DNA of 20,000 nucleotides from IMG/VR virus record IMGVR_UViG_3300022178_000020; one strand, 5' to 3'. The notes under the pieces were generated by a model that worked only from the letters and a program-made list of their open reading frames with translations, ran no database searches and was not told the DNA's origin. The position numbers and the translations under genes are program-made. How positions within the stretch are numbered: the stretch's first letter is position 1; each line of letters begins with the position of its first letter. Positions 1 to 7,550 of the stretch are shown here, in pieces. This DNA is from an uncultured virus (IMG/VR IMGVR_UViG_3300022178_000020) (taxonomy: Duplodnaviria > Heunggongvirae > Uroviricota > Caudoviricetes).

Positions 1-1
1 C

Positions 2-1141
2 TCCTGTGTTTTCATCATATCCTAAAAATGCCTTTGGTACTTTAAGAGCTGCAAATAATTTATCTCTTAAGTATTCAACGTCTTGAATTCCATCATATTG
101 TAAGCCTGGGGTGGTATCAATTTTAGTAGTGGTGTCATTACCTCTCATAGGAATATAAAAATCCTCTAACATGTTTTGCATGTTATATTTGAGATTATAG
201 TCCCCAGTTTCTTGATCCATATAGGGAGTGCGTTTCATTTTTGAAATAGTCTTCTGCATGAAGTTTTCTATTTCAGCAGGTGGTATAGCTCCTACATTTA
301 TATAAAAAATACGTTTTTCAGGTGCTCTTACAATTCTATGTACTAACATAGCATCCTCCATTAAAACATACTGTTTAAAGAGTTTACGTGCGGGTTCTAT
401 GTAGCTTCTACCATATGGGAGGTAGTTTACATCTGAGAGTAGTCTAAAGTGGGCAATTTCATAATTGTCAAAGTAAATAGCATTCCGATTGTTATAGTCT
501 GAAGTTGAGGTTGAGGTTCCATAGTAACCCCCGTATTCACCACCCCCACTTAACCCATCAGGATCAAATTTAAATTTGACTTCTACATCATGTTTATTTT
601 CTCCAATTTTTTCTTCTCTTATGATATTATAAGCAGTATAAGGTATAACATTATATACACCAAATTTATCTGCTATTTCCAATTTAAGAAAAAAGTCACC
701 ATACTTACACATTTGGCGAACCCACATCCATAAATTAAATTCTATATTTAATACATCATAAAATAAATTATATAGAATTTTTTGTAAATGCTCATCAGAA
801 CTTTTTATTTGGATCACCTCACCCATTGAATTTTTAAGAGTGGATTCATCAGCTATTATATCAAGGGCTGATGCTACTATAGCATCAGTATCCATAGCTT
901 CGTAATCCCTATAAAGTTGTGGTCTAAGGGTTTGGTAATTTATTCCAGGGTTGTAAATTCCTATTGAGTTAGTAGTATACAAACGATTGTACCTATCAAC
1001 CATGGAATTAGTTTCTAATTGACCTGCTTGTTGAAATTCATCAAAGTCTAAAACTTTAAGTTGATTTCCTCCGGTATTGCGGATTATTACATCCGTAGAG
1101 AATAATCTCTTTAATCTTGTAAATATGCTTGTATCGGCCAT
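2..1141 (-). CDS. Portal protein, T4 gp20-like (3' end runs off the window; not in the ORF track)
   Basis: Manual translation from ATG at 1141 (MADTSIFTRLKRLFSTDVIIRN...) is open to the window edge and has T4 gp20-type motifs: YEAMDTDAIVASALDIIADE, YGRSYIEPARK, MEDAMLVHRIVRAPEKRIFYINVG, NMLEDFYIP, DVEYLRDKLFAALKVP. It sits directly downstream of the terminase. Confidence 0.93.
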   Translation of the reverse strand, partial: MADTSIFTRLKRLFSTDVIIRNTGGNQLKVLDFDEFQQAGQLETNSMVDRYNRLYTTNSIGIYNPGINYQTLRPQLYRDYEAMDTDAIVASALDIIADESTLKNSMGEVIQIKSSDEHLQKILYNLFYDVLNIEFNLWMWVRQMCKYGDFFLKLEIADKFGVYNVIPYTAYNIIREEKIGENKHDVEVKFKFDPDGLSGGGEYGGYYGTSTSTSDYNNRNAIYFDNYEIAHFRLLSDVNYLPYGRSYIEPARKLFKQYVLMEDAMLVHRIVRAPEKRIFYINVGAIPPAEIENFMQKTISKMKRTPYMDQETGDYNLKYNMQNMLEDFYIPMRGNDTTTKIDTTPGLQYDGIQDVEYLRDKLFAALKVPKAFLGYDENTG

Positions 1142-1148
1142 AGTATAT

Positions 1149-1180
1149 TAAATATACGAATAAATATTACAAAAGCCAAC
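1149..1180 (-). promoter_or_regulatory. Putative Bacteroidota-type sigma promoter upstream of portal (GTTG-N20-TATATTTA), overlapping an ATATTTAT motif
   Basis: Minus strand reads GTTG gcttttgtaatatttattcg TATATTTA. The TTCGTATATTTA core and 20-nt spacing are identical to the site at 5597-5628 and resemble the Bacteroidota consensus TTTG-N19-21-TAnnTTTG. Confidence 0.5.
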
Positions 1181-2738
1181 TAAAATCCTCAGTTCCCCCT
1201 TTTCCATCATCCATAGTATAAGGATTATCTAGTCCTGTAGAGAAGTAAGCTCCTTGGTAGTTGGTTGTGGTTTTTGAAAAGGATCCTAAAGCTGCCTTTG
1301 TTATATCTACTCCGTGTTGTTTAAATTTTAATGCTGTGTCTCTAACGTATAATCCCATACCAAAACTCATAATTAAATCGTCATTATAGCCTCCTTGAGC
1401 TTCAGCCCTGCCATGTTTCCATATAAACGTTTTCATTTCTTCTAGTAAGCGTTTTGATTGGATTGTAACACCTCTATCTGCTACATATTCTTGAAATTTA
1501 CCTATTACCATAGGGCGAGTTCTTGTTGACATAGTAAAACCTGCAGTCATACTTGAATTATTTTCATAATTTTGTAAATAAGAATCTACATTTATATTAT
1601 CGGATTTAGGTGAGTAGTATAAATTAGAATAATTACGTTCAATAATAGTTTGAATTGTACTCCATCCAATGTTAGCATTTTCCACTATGAGTAGGGCATT
1701 GTTATATTCGGTAGCAATTGCTGTAAGAATATTACCAAAGTCTTTAGTACCTACTTGGCCTTTATATTCACCTACTTGAGTAGCCGATTCTACATCAAAA
1801 ATGTGAAAAGCTGAGTAATCCTTACCATCTCCTCTAGCTACGTCTGCTGAGATAAGGTATTGTCTTGAATAATCGGCTGATTCCCAAATCCATAAATTTT
1901 GGTCTGCACCTCTTCTTTCTAAAGGTTCTTTAAGTGTAGATTTTTCTATAAATTCTAGATATTCAGGGTAAAATACAATGTCACCTGAGGTGCTAAAGTC
2001 GCAGTCACATTCTTGTGCTGCCATTCTAGGATCTCCTAGTAGTTCATCTTGTCTATCTCTCCACACTTGGTCTCGTTCAGGGTGGACATACCAAGGTAAT
2101 TTAATAGGTAAGAATTCATTTTCTGAGGATTCTGCTCTAACCCATGTTTGGTGGAACCAATTTCCAGTACCATAAGGTGTTGAAAGAGCAATACACCCTC
2201 CACCAGTAGCAAGTGTTTGCTGTGCTGAGGCCCATATTTCTCCAATATTATCAATGAAGGCAGCCTCATCAATTAGCAAAAGGGAAACTGCTTCGGATCT
2301 ACCTGCATCACTAGATGCTGATGTGGCTTTAATTTGAGACCCGTTTGTTAGTCGAAGGGTTAGTTTGTTGTTTTCTTCAAAATCTACTTTAAGCCAAGAA
2401 GGTAAATTTTCATACATAAATTTAACCTTTGTAACCATGTTTTTAGCGGTTTCTTGCTTGGTAGCTATGCATAAAATATTTTTATCTTCATGGAAAATCA
2501 TCATCCATAGCGAGTACCCCGCAGATAGTGTTGAAATGCCTAATTGACGCGATTTTAAAATAATAGAATAAGGATTGTCTTCAAATAGTTTTAAGACTTT
2601 TTCTTGAAAAGGGTATAAATGGAACTGTATTCTACCCCTTTGTGGGTGTTGAATCATACAATACTTCTTCATGAAGTGTATAGGATCCTGGGCGCACTTT
2701 ACATATTCTTGCCTTATTATTTTTTTAAGGTTACTCAT
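1167..2738 (-). CDS. terL: Terminase large subunit (T4 gp17-like)
   Basis: Adenine-binding LYPFQ, Walker A KSRQLGIS, Walker B LLLIDEAAF, motif III STPYG, and RNase H-like nuclease motifs ADVARGDGKDYSA, VENANIG, NDDLIMS. Confidence 0.96.
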   Translation of the reverse strand: MSNLKKIIRQEYVKCAQDPIHFMKKYCMIQHPQRGRIQFHLYPFQEKVLKLFEDNPYSIILKSRQLGISTLSAGYSLWMMIFHEDKNILCIATKQETAKNMVTKVKFMYENLPSWLKVDFEENNKLTLRLTNGSQIKATSASSDAGRSEAVSLLLIDEAAFIDNIGEIWASAQQTLATGGGCIALSTPYGTGNWFHQTWVRAESSENEFLPIKLPWYVHPERDQVWRDRQDELLGDPRMAAQECDCDFSTSGDIVFYPEYLEFIEKSTLKEPLERRGADQNLWIWESADYSRQYLISADVARGDGKDYSAFHIFDVESATQVGEYKGQVGTKDFGNILTAIATEYNNALLIVENANIGWSTIQTIIERNYSNLYYSPKSDNINVDSYLQNYENNSSMTAGFTMSTRTRPMVIGKFQEYVADRGVTIQSKRLLEEMKTFIWKHGRAEAQGGYNDDLIMSFGMGLYVRDTALKFKQHGVDITKAALGSFSKTTTNYQGAYFSTGLDNPYTMDDGKGGTEDFSWLL

Positions 2739-3103
2739 TTAGGAAGTGTATAATCTACAGCATTTAAAAAAAGTATAGTGCCTACTACCCCTATCCAGGG
2801 TTTATTGTACCATTTATCTACTTGATTTAAACGTTTATCATACAATTCAATTTGTTCATTTAATAGTTGAACTTCTTGATTTTTATAAGATAATAATAAA
2901 CTATCTTGTGTGGTTAAATTTTTAAGTAAAACCAATTCAGTTTCTAAATTAGAAATATAAATAGTTTTAATAGAATCTTGAGTTTGTAAAGTATCTAGGG
3001 CTAAGAAAAACTCCTCAAGTTCCGATGAAGGAATTTGAAGAGTATCTTGTGAATAGCAAATACTAGATATTCCTAATAGTAATAACGTTAGTAATTGCTT
3101 CAT
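2735..3103 (-). CDS. Exported/membrane coiled-coil protein (possibly spanin-like)
   Basis: Sec-type signal MKQLLTLLLLGISSICYS followed by Q, a heptad-rich middle and a C-terminal hydrophobic segment (WIGVVGTILFL). ATGA overlaps with both neighbours. Confidence 0.6.
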   Translation of the reverse strand: MKQLLTLLLLGISSICYSQDTLQIPSSELEEFFLALDTLQTQDSIKTIYISNLETELVLLKNLTTQDSLLLSYKNQEVQLLNEQIELYDKRLNQVDKWYNKPWIGVVGTILFLNAVDYTLPK

Positions 3104-3414
3104 GATTTAGTTTTTGGACGGCCCGGGCCTTTTTTACGATATTTATCTTCAAAATTTTTAACCGTTTTTTTAGCAGTAGTAGTATCCTTAACTTTAGCTT
3201 TTATTTCGGATGTCTTAATTTTTTGATTTTTAATAGCTTTTTTAGTTTCTACTTTTTTAGTTTCTACTTTTTTAGCTTGAGTTTTTATAACTTTTATTTC
3301 TTCTTTATTATCTTTTATTTGATTTTTAGTTACTTTTTTGTTTTTAAAGTAAATAAAAGTAAACAAAAGTACGAAAAGTAAATTAATAATAACGTATATT
3401 TTCCAAGATTCCAT
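3100..3414 (-). CDS. Membrane-anchored lysine-rich protein (possibly inner-spanin-like)
   Basis: N-terminal TM helix (IYVIINLLFVLLFTFIYF), Lys-rich coiled region, C-terminal RKKGPGRPK. Confidence 0.6.
   Translation of the reverse strand: MESWKIYVIINLLFVLLFTFIYFKNKKVTKNQIKDNKEEIKVIKTQAKKVETKKVETKKAIKNQKIKTSEIKAKVKDTTTAKKTVKNFEDKYRKKGPGRPKTKS
3238..3275 (+). repeat. 15-bp in-frame tandem repeat, about 2.5 copies (KKVET KKVET KK)
   Basis: ttttttagtttctac at 3238-3252 and 3253-3267, partial ttttttag at 3268-3275. Confidence 0.8.
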
Positions 3415-3418
3415 GATT

Positions 3419-3428
3419 ATAAATATTA
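3419..3428 (-). promoter_or_regulatory. TAATATTTAT motif, putative late promoter
   Basis: Same motif recurs in six intergenic gaps (1160, 3419, 9459, 10739, 14133, 18298) a few bases upstream of start codons. Confidence 0.55.
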
Positions 3429-3947
3429 ATATTTAATAGTTTTTAAAACCTGGTTAATGCGTTCTTCAGTTGTTCCACTAATAGTATAAAAGACAGGACG
3501 ATGTTTAGATAAAAGTTTTTGAATAGTTTTATCAATTTCATTTCTATATTCAATATTTGTTTCACGTACCCCATTATCTTCAATATCTAGTCCCTCTGGG
3601 GAGATATAGAATATGTAATCGTATTGGTAAAGGAAGCGCTTAGCATATGTTTCAAAGGCATCAGCATCTATATAACTCGTATAAGTAGCACAATTAGTAA
3701 AAGCCATTACATCAAGAATCGTTCTATCAGTAACAATTTTTTCTTGCATTAATTCAGTAACACGTTCTGCTAAAAATATAGTTTGCCCTTCAATAGTAGT
3801 TTTATGATTCAATGGTATCCCCAATGAATTAAGATATTTACTACGTTCTGTTGCAAATTTATAACCCTTAAATTCAGGTAATTCTTTCAACGCATTTACA
3901 AGCGTTGTTTTACCTACTGACATTGTTCCACAAAAACCTATTTTCAT
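3426..3947 (-). CDS. NadR/Ttd14-like (AAA_28) P-loop nucleotide kinase/ATPase
   Basis: Walker A GTMSVGKTT at the N-terminus, TDRTILD, YDYIFYI, EDNGVR typical of AAA_28 proteins. Confidence 0.82.
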   Translation of the reverse strand: MKIGFCGTMSVGKTTLVNALKELPEFKGYKFATERSKYLNSLGIPLNHKTTIEGQTIFLAERVTELMQEKIVTDRTILDVMAFTNCATYTSYIDADAFETYAKRFLYQYDYIFYISPEGLDIEDNGVRETNIEYRNEIDKTIQKLLSKHRPVFYTISGTTEERINQVLKTIKY

Positions 3948-3948
3948 T

Positions 3949-4206
3949 TTAACCAGCGTTTCGGGTTGATTCTCTCATTGCAGGATTCTTGTACCAAGGT
4001 ACACCATTCTTTTCTCTTTTAACTTCCTTCCATTCATCTTCAGTATGGTAGATACCGTAAATATAATATTCCCTTTGCCGGTAAACACCCTTACGTATAA
4101 GAGCAGGCCCTTCCCAATTATGTAATTTACCATCCCAATGGTGTACTATAGTTCCATCAGGAGTTTTAGTTCGTTTTGGCTTAGGCCATTTGTTATTTTG
4201 TTCCAT
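3949..4206 (-). CDS. Hypothetical protein with one MORN-like 'GKLH..EGPA' repeat
   Basis: DGKLHNWEGPALI...EYYIYG resembles the G.LHR.DGPA repeats of large DNA viruses. Overlaps the upstream gene end. Confidence 0.65.
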   Translation of the reverse strand: MEQNNKWPKPKRTKTPDGTIVHHWDGKLHNWEGPALIRKGVYRQREYYIYGIYHTEDEWKEVKREKNGVPWYKNPAMRESTRNAG

Positions 4207-5578
4207 TTTCTTTTAATATTTGTTCTGCTACTAATGTACCCTGTGCTCCTGATACTGTTATACCTCTAGCACTTAATGCATCTCCTACAAAATGTACATT
4301 AGGGTATGTAGTTAAACTTAAATCCTCATAGTTTACAAGTGGTTCAGGTGAAAGGTACTTAACTTCAGGTACATAAATTCCCCAATCATCTCCAAGTGTT
4401 GGGAATACTTTTTTCATATCCCCAATAAAGTCTTCAATATATTTAAAATATCCTTTAAATGCGTCTCTTACTTCTTGAAGACCTGATTCACCAATGTAAT
4501 GTGCTTTAACCCAATCACCTTCAGATGTAAGTGTTTTATCTTTACCTGCAGGACTATAATAAAGACCTGCTTGATACTTTATTTGGAAACGACCTAGTGC
4601 TTTTTGACCACTCCCTCCTTCATTAGATACAATAGTATTCCTTTGTACTTTAGAAACTAACTCACGTGACCAATCAAATGGTTTATCAATACCTTTAACT
4701 TCCATTAAGATACCAAAATTAGTCATATTGTTTCTATGTTCTTCTCCTTTTTTAGCATGACCATTGTAGCTATAATCACCATATGTTTCTTCTAGGGCCA
4801 CATAAGCTGCATTGTTATTAGTGCAGAATGAACGAAGTGATACACCTTCATCTTCAAACTTACGATACAATTTAAAATCATAACTTACATCAATTAGTTT
4901 TTGGAAGTGTTTTTGTGGTGCTTCAAATCTAACACCAATTTGTACTGGTTTTGATTCCGTTGGTAATTCATATTGTTCAGCTAATTTTTTACCAAAGTCA
5001 ATTCCAGATTTACCTACACCAAAAATGAGTTTATCATATCCTACCCAATCATTATCTTCTGTACTTTTATCAGTGTGGAGTTGTTGAGCATCAAAATCAA
5101 TTGATGTTACCTTAGTTTTCCAAATAAATTTAACACCTTTATCACAAAGAAAATCATACCAATTTTTACCAATTTCATGCAAGTAATCTGTACCAACGTG
5201 CCATACAGGAAATAAACGGAGTCCAAAATATGGTTTAATAAAATCAGGTTCTGCTACAGGATTAGAACATTGTACTTCTTCTGGCTTAGGGTGGAAGCGT
5301 TTAAAGTTGGTAATTACCTGATCCATTAACTCCATTGCTTTTTCATCGCCCGTATACTTAGTTAAATGACCACCTATTGAAGTATGGTATGTAAGTTTAC
5401 CATCACTCCACCCACCAGCACCCATAAACCCTGTCATTACTTCTTCAGGTTTCCTATTGTACGGATCATTACCCATATCAATAATTGTGATACAACTTCC
5501 ATCGTATCCATTATCTACTAATTTAGTTGCAGCATTAACACCTGCCACACCGGCTCCAATTATTACTATTTTTTCCAT
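4193..5578 (-). CDS. FAD-dependent oxidoreductase (COG2509-like); start moved from 5611 to ATG 5578
   Basis: Rossmann IVIIGAGVAG immediately after MEK, GAGGWSDGKL, IGVRFE, RSFC, NFGIL, PEVKY, FVGD..ARGI..SGAQG. The 5611 TTG start overlaps the promoter/terminator. Confidence 0.85.
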   Translation of the reverse strand: MEKIVIIGAGVAGVNAATKLVDNGYDGSCITIIDMGNDPYNRKPEEVMTGFMGAGGWSDGKLTYHTSIGGHLTKYTGDEKAMELMDQVITNFKRFHPKPEEVQCSNPVAEPDFIKPYFGLRLFPVWHVGTDYLHEIGKNWYDFLCDKGVKFIWKTKVTSIDFDAQQLHTDKSTEDNDWVGYDKLIFGVGKSGIDFGKKLAEQYELPTESKPVQIGVRFEAPQKHFQKLIDVSYDFKLYRKFEDEGVSLRSFCTNNNAAYVALEETYGDYSYNGHAKKGEEHRNNMTNFGILMEVKGIDKPFDWSRELVSKVQRNTIVSNEGGSGQKALGRFQIKYQAGLYYSPAGKDKTLTSEGDWVKAHYIGESGLQEVRDAFKGYFKYIEDFIGDMKKVFPTLGDDWGIYVPEVKYLSPEPLVNYEDLSLTTYPNVHFVGDALSARGITVSGAQGTLVAEQILKENGTK

Positions 5579-5596
5579 TATTGTATTAATATTATG

Positions 5597-5628
5597 TAAA
5601 TATACGAACAAAAAGTGACGTCTCCAAA
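5597..5628 (-). promoter_or_regulatory. Putative Bacteroidota sigma-A-type promoter TTTG-N20-TATATTTA
   Basis: Minus strand TTTG gagacgtcactttttgttcg TATATTTA, 18 nt upstream of ATG 5578; one mismatch to TTTG-N19-21-TAnnTTTG. Confidence 0.6.
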
Positions 5629-5639
5629 GGAGACGCCAC
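5607..5639 (-). terminator. Intrinsic terminator
   Basis: Minus strand GTGGCGTCTCC-TTT-GGAGACGTCAC (11-bp stem with one G-U) followed by TTTTTGTT, downstream of a long run of co-directional genes. Confidence 0.8.
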
Positions 5640-5691
5640 AGATGTCATGTTTTTTTAGTTACGACTGGCTATGAATCAGTCTATATGTTTT

Positions 5692-5862
5692 TTACTTCTT
5701 ATCTTCAGCTACAGATGCTTTACGATATTCAGTTACTAATTTTTTAATTTCACCTAAGCATTTACGAGCTCTGCCGTGTGCTGCTTTAGATTTACCTTCA
5801 TGTTCGGTTTTAAATGTTTCATATAAACCTTCGATTTGTTCAAATAACTCTTGAGTATTCAT
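5692..5862 (-). CDS. Histone H1-like (Hc1-family) small basic protein, 56 aa (not in the ORF track)
   Basis: MNTQELFEQIEGLYETFKTEHEGKSKAAHGRARKCLGEIKKLVTEYRKASVAEDKK; the KAA..RARK...EI.KL...YRK.S pattern is the Hc1 signature. ATGA overlap with the cupin stop. Confidence 0.8.
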   Translation of the reverse strand: MNTQELFEQIEGLYETFKTEHEGKSKAAHGRARKCLGEIKKLVTEYRKASVAEDKK

Positions 5863-6110
5863 TTTTTTATAATTTTTATTGTTAAATTTTCGCTACCTTT
5901 TATTATCCTATGTAAATATCCACAAGGGATGTCAAAATTGAGATTTTCTGTGAGTTCAAATGGGAGTTCTTCATCAAATTGGAATTTCCATCCATTCCCT
6001 TCTATAACTTCTATTGTTCTATCTTCTTGATCTTCATGCCAAATTAACGACATTGGGTCTACATTTTCTGAGAATGTTCTTATGTTTGAATTATCTGTGT
6101 ATGGGTTCAT
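5859..6110 (-). CDS. Small cupin-fold protein
   Basis: WHEDQEDR.IEVIEG.GWKFQ and IP.GYLHRIIKG match cupin motifs 1 and 2; TAATG coupling to the upstream gene. Confidence 0.7.
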   Translation of the reverse strand: MNPYTDNSNIRTFSENVDPMSLIWHEDQEDRTIEVIEGNGWKFQFDEELPFELTENLNFDIPCGYLHRIIKGSENLTIKIIKK

Positions 6111-6112
6111 TA
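6094..6112 (+). repeat. 19-bp direct repeat, copy 1 (start of cupin gene)
   Basis: tctgtgtatgggttcatta, identical to 7532-7550. Confidence 0.92.
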
Positions 6113-7237
6113 ACTTAGTCTTGTTGCTGTAATTTTAACAGCAGGTGTTGCTGGTCTAGTAGGGGTAGATGATGCTGCAGTGTATTTTAATATCATATCC
6201 GTATCATCGGTTGCCCAATAGAATTGAATATAATCTCCTGCTTCAAGTACTATTACAAGATTTCTATCTAATAAGGTTGCAGCAGTACCGGTATTTCCTG
6301 TTATGTCTATGTTGTTATTTGAATTTGGAACATCTACTCCATTTTTCTTTGCCCAAAAATACATGGAGGCGGTGCCTGAACTTGAAACTCTGTTTATTTG
6401 GGATATCATTGTAAATTCATATAATCCAGGGGTTGATACTGTAAGTTTAGAATTATCTACAAGTGTTATTCCGCTCTGTACCTGTGGGGTATCTATATCT
6501 ATAAGAGTTTCTGTATTAGCAATAGACGCAGTATGGTTGGATAGGTTATACCCAATTGCGTATTGTGGGTATTCAAAACCACTTCGAACATTAACATATA
6601 GTGAACCTGTTGTTGCAGAGTTATCAATAACATAACCCATTATTACTGTAAGGGCAGGAGGAGTAGGGGGTATATTTACTAATTCACCATTAGATCCACC
6701 TAAATATAAAGTATCACCTGCTGTGTATGCACTCATATCTACATTTCTAACTAAACCTTGAGTAGTTACAAATCCTAAATCTCCACTGCCTATGTTCTCG
6801 GTTACAATTCCTATAGTATTTTCTGAAGCTTTTCTTGATAAATTATCAGCTAAATTTACGGACGGATAATTACCGACTGACCCGCTAATGAAAACAGCCT
6901 TATATTCTGATTCTAGAAGTGGTGCTCCTGTATTATTACGAGTATAGATTACATTCTCTTGACCTATTTGTAATGTAACGTTTCCCCCTTTAAGGGTTAA
7001 ATCTAATGTACCGTCATTATCGTTCCATCTTAATCTACCGGGTTTACCTGTTACTGAAGCTGTAGTATTAAAATCTACAAAATCTGAGATTATACCGCTA
7101 GAGGTAATGGGTAGATTTGCATTGAGTATATCTTGTACTGTTTGTTGTTTTGTAACCCCACCTTGAACATTAACTAATAATTCTGTTCCGTCTAATGATG
7201 TTACGGCAGGTAATCCTGAAATTGATAAGTTAGCCAT
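6110..7237 (-). CDS. Virion fibre/decoration-like protein
   Basis: N-terminal ISGLP...GTE...VQGGVTK attachment-type motif, central IGIVTENI...GFVTTQGLV...AGDTLYL (capsid-cement-like), and a C-terminal C1q/BclA-like beta sandwich (SGITL...LTVSTPGLYEF...LEAGDYIQFYW). Thr/Gly/Ser-rich. Confidence 0.68.
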   Translation of the reverse strand: MANLSISGLPAVTSLDGTELLVNVQGGVTKQQTVQDILNANLPITSSGIISDFVDFNTTASVTGKPGRLRWNDNDGTLDLTLKGGNVTLQIGQENVIYTRNNTGAPLLESEYKAVFISGSVGNYPSVNLADNLSRKASENTIGIVTENIGSGDLGFVTTQGLVRNVDMSAYTAGDTLYLGGSNGELVNIPPTPPALTVIMGYVIDNSATTGSLYVNVRSGFEYPQYAIGYNLSNHTASIANTETLIDIDTPQVQSGITLVDNSKLTVSTPGLYEFTMISQINRVSSSGTASMYFWAKKNGVDVPNSNNNIDITGNTGTAATLLDRNLVIVLEAGDYIQFYWATDDTDMILKYTAASSTPTRPATPAVKITATRLS

Positions 7238-7240
7238 ATC

Positions 7241-7510
7241 TTATGTTATTATTATTTTATTATTATCTTCTTGTAGAATATCAAATCCATCTTCTTGTAA
7301 GAGAAAACCTACATCTTGAACGGGTTGTTCGGGTTTAATTCCTCCCCTATTACCCTCAAGCCAATTTAACTGTTGGATATAATGTTGGCGTCGGTTTTGT
7401 AACTCATTTAAATATTGATTGTAGTGGTTTACCTGCTCATTGAGAGATAAACTACGCACTTCATTCAACTTGATGAATTGGGGCCACAATATTTCATTAA
7501 ATATATCCAC
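7241..7510 (-). CDS. Hypothetical protein with C-terminal LLQEDG-type repeat, probably structural partner of the fibre
   Basis: GTG start overlapping an upstream TAG; C-terminal FLLQEDGFDILQEDNNKII duplication. Confidence 0.65.
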   Translation of the reverse strand: MDIFNEILWPQFIKLNEVRSLSLNEQVNHYNQYLNELQNRRQHYIQQLNWLEGNRGGIKPEQPVQDVGFLLQEDGFDILQEDNNKIIIT

Positions 7511-7548
7511 TATTTATTTATCTTGAATTTTTCTGTGTATGGGTTCAT
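7510..7548 (-). pseudogene. 12-codon remnant of the cupin gene 5' end (MNPYTEKFKINK*)
   Basis: ATG AAC CCA TAC ACA GA is identical to the cupin start. Its ATG overlaps the upstream TAA (TAATG) and its TAG overlaps the downstream GTG (TAGTG). Confidence 0.6.
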
Positions 7549-7550
7549 TA
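7532..7550 (+). repeat. 19-bp direct repeat, copy 2
   Basis: tctgtgtatgggttcatta, 1438 bp from copy 1; weaker similarity (ttgaatt) continues leftwards in both copies. Confidence 0.92.

Noticed and set aside
2036..2272. 78-aa minus-strand ORF inside the terminase
   Set aside because: Out-of-frame overlap with conserved ATPase motifs; no independent support.
1167..2738. Intein or intron in terminase
   Set aside because: Length and motif spacing are ordinary, with no splicing motifs or frame breaks.
5579..5611. N-terminal extension MFVYLHNINTI of the oxidoreductase
   Set aside because: TTG start lies within the promoter/terminator; the Rossmann motif begins right after ATG 5578.
5579..5691. 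tRNA or known riboswitch in the largest intergenic gap
   Set aside because: No cloverleaf, T-loop or recognisable aptamer; only two hairpins.
6094..7550. IS element or integrase-driven island
   Set aside because: No transposase, integrase or terminal inverted repeats; kept only as a repeat-flanked insertion.
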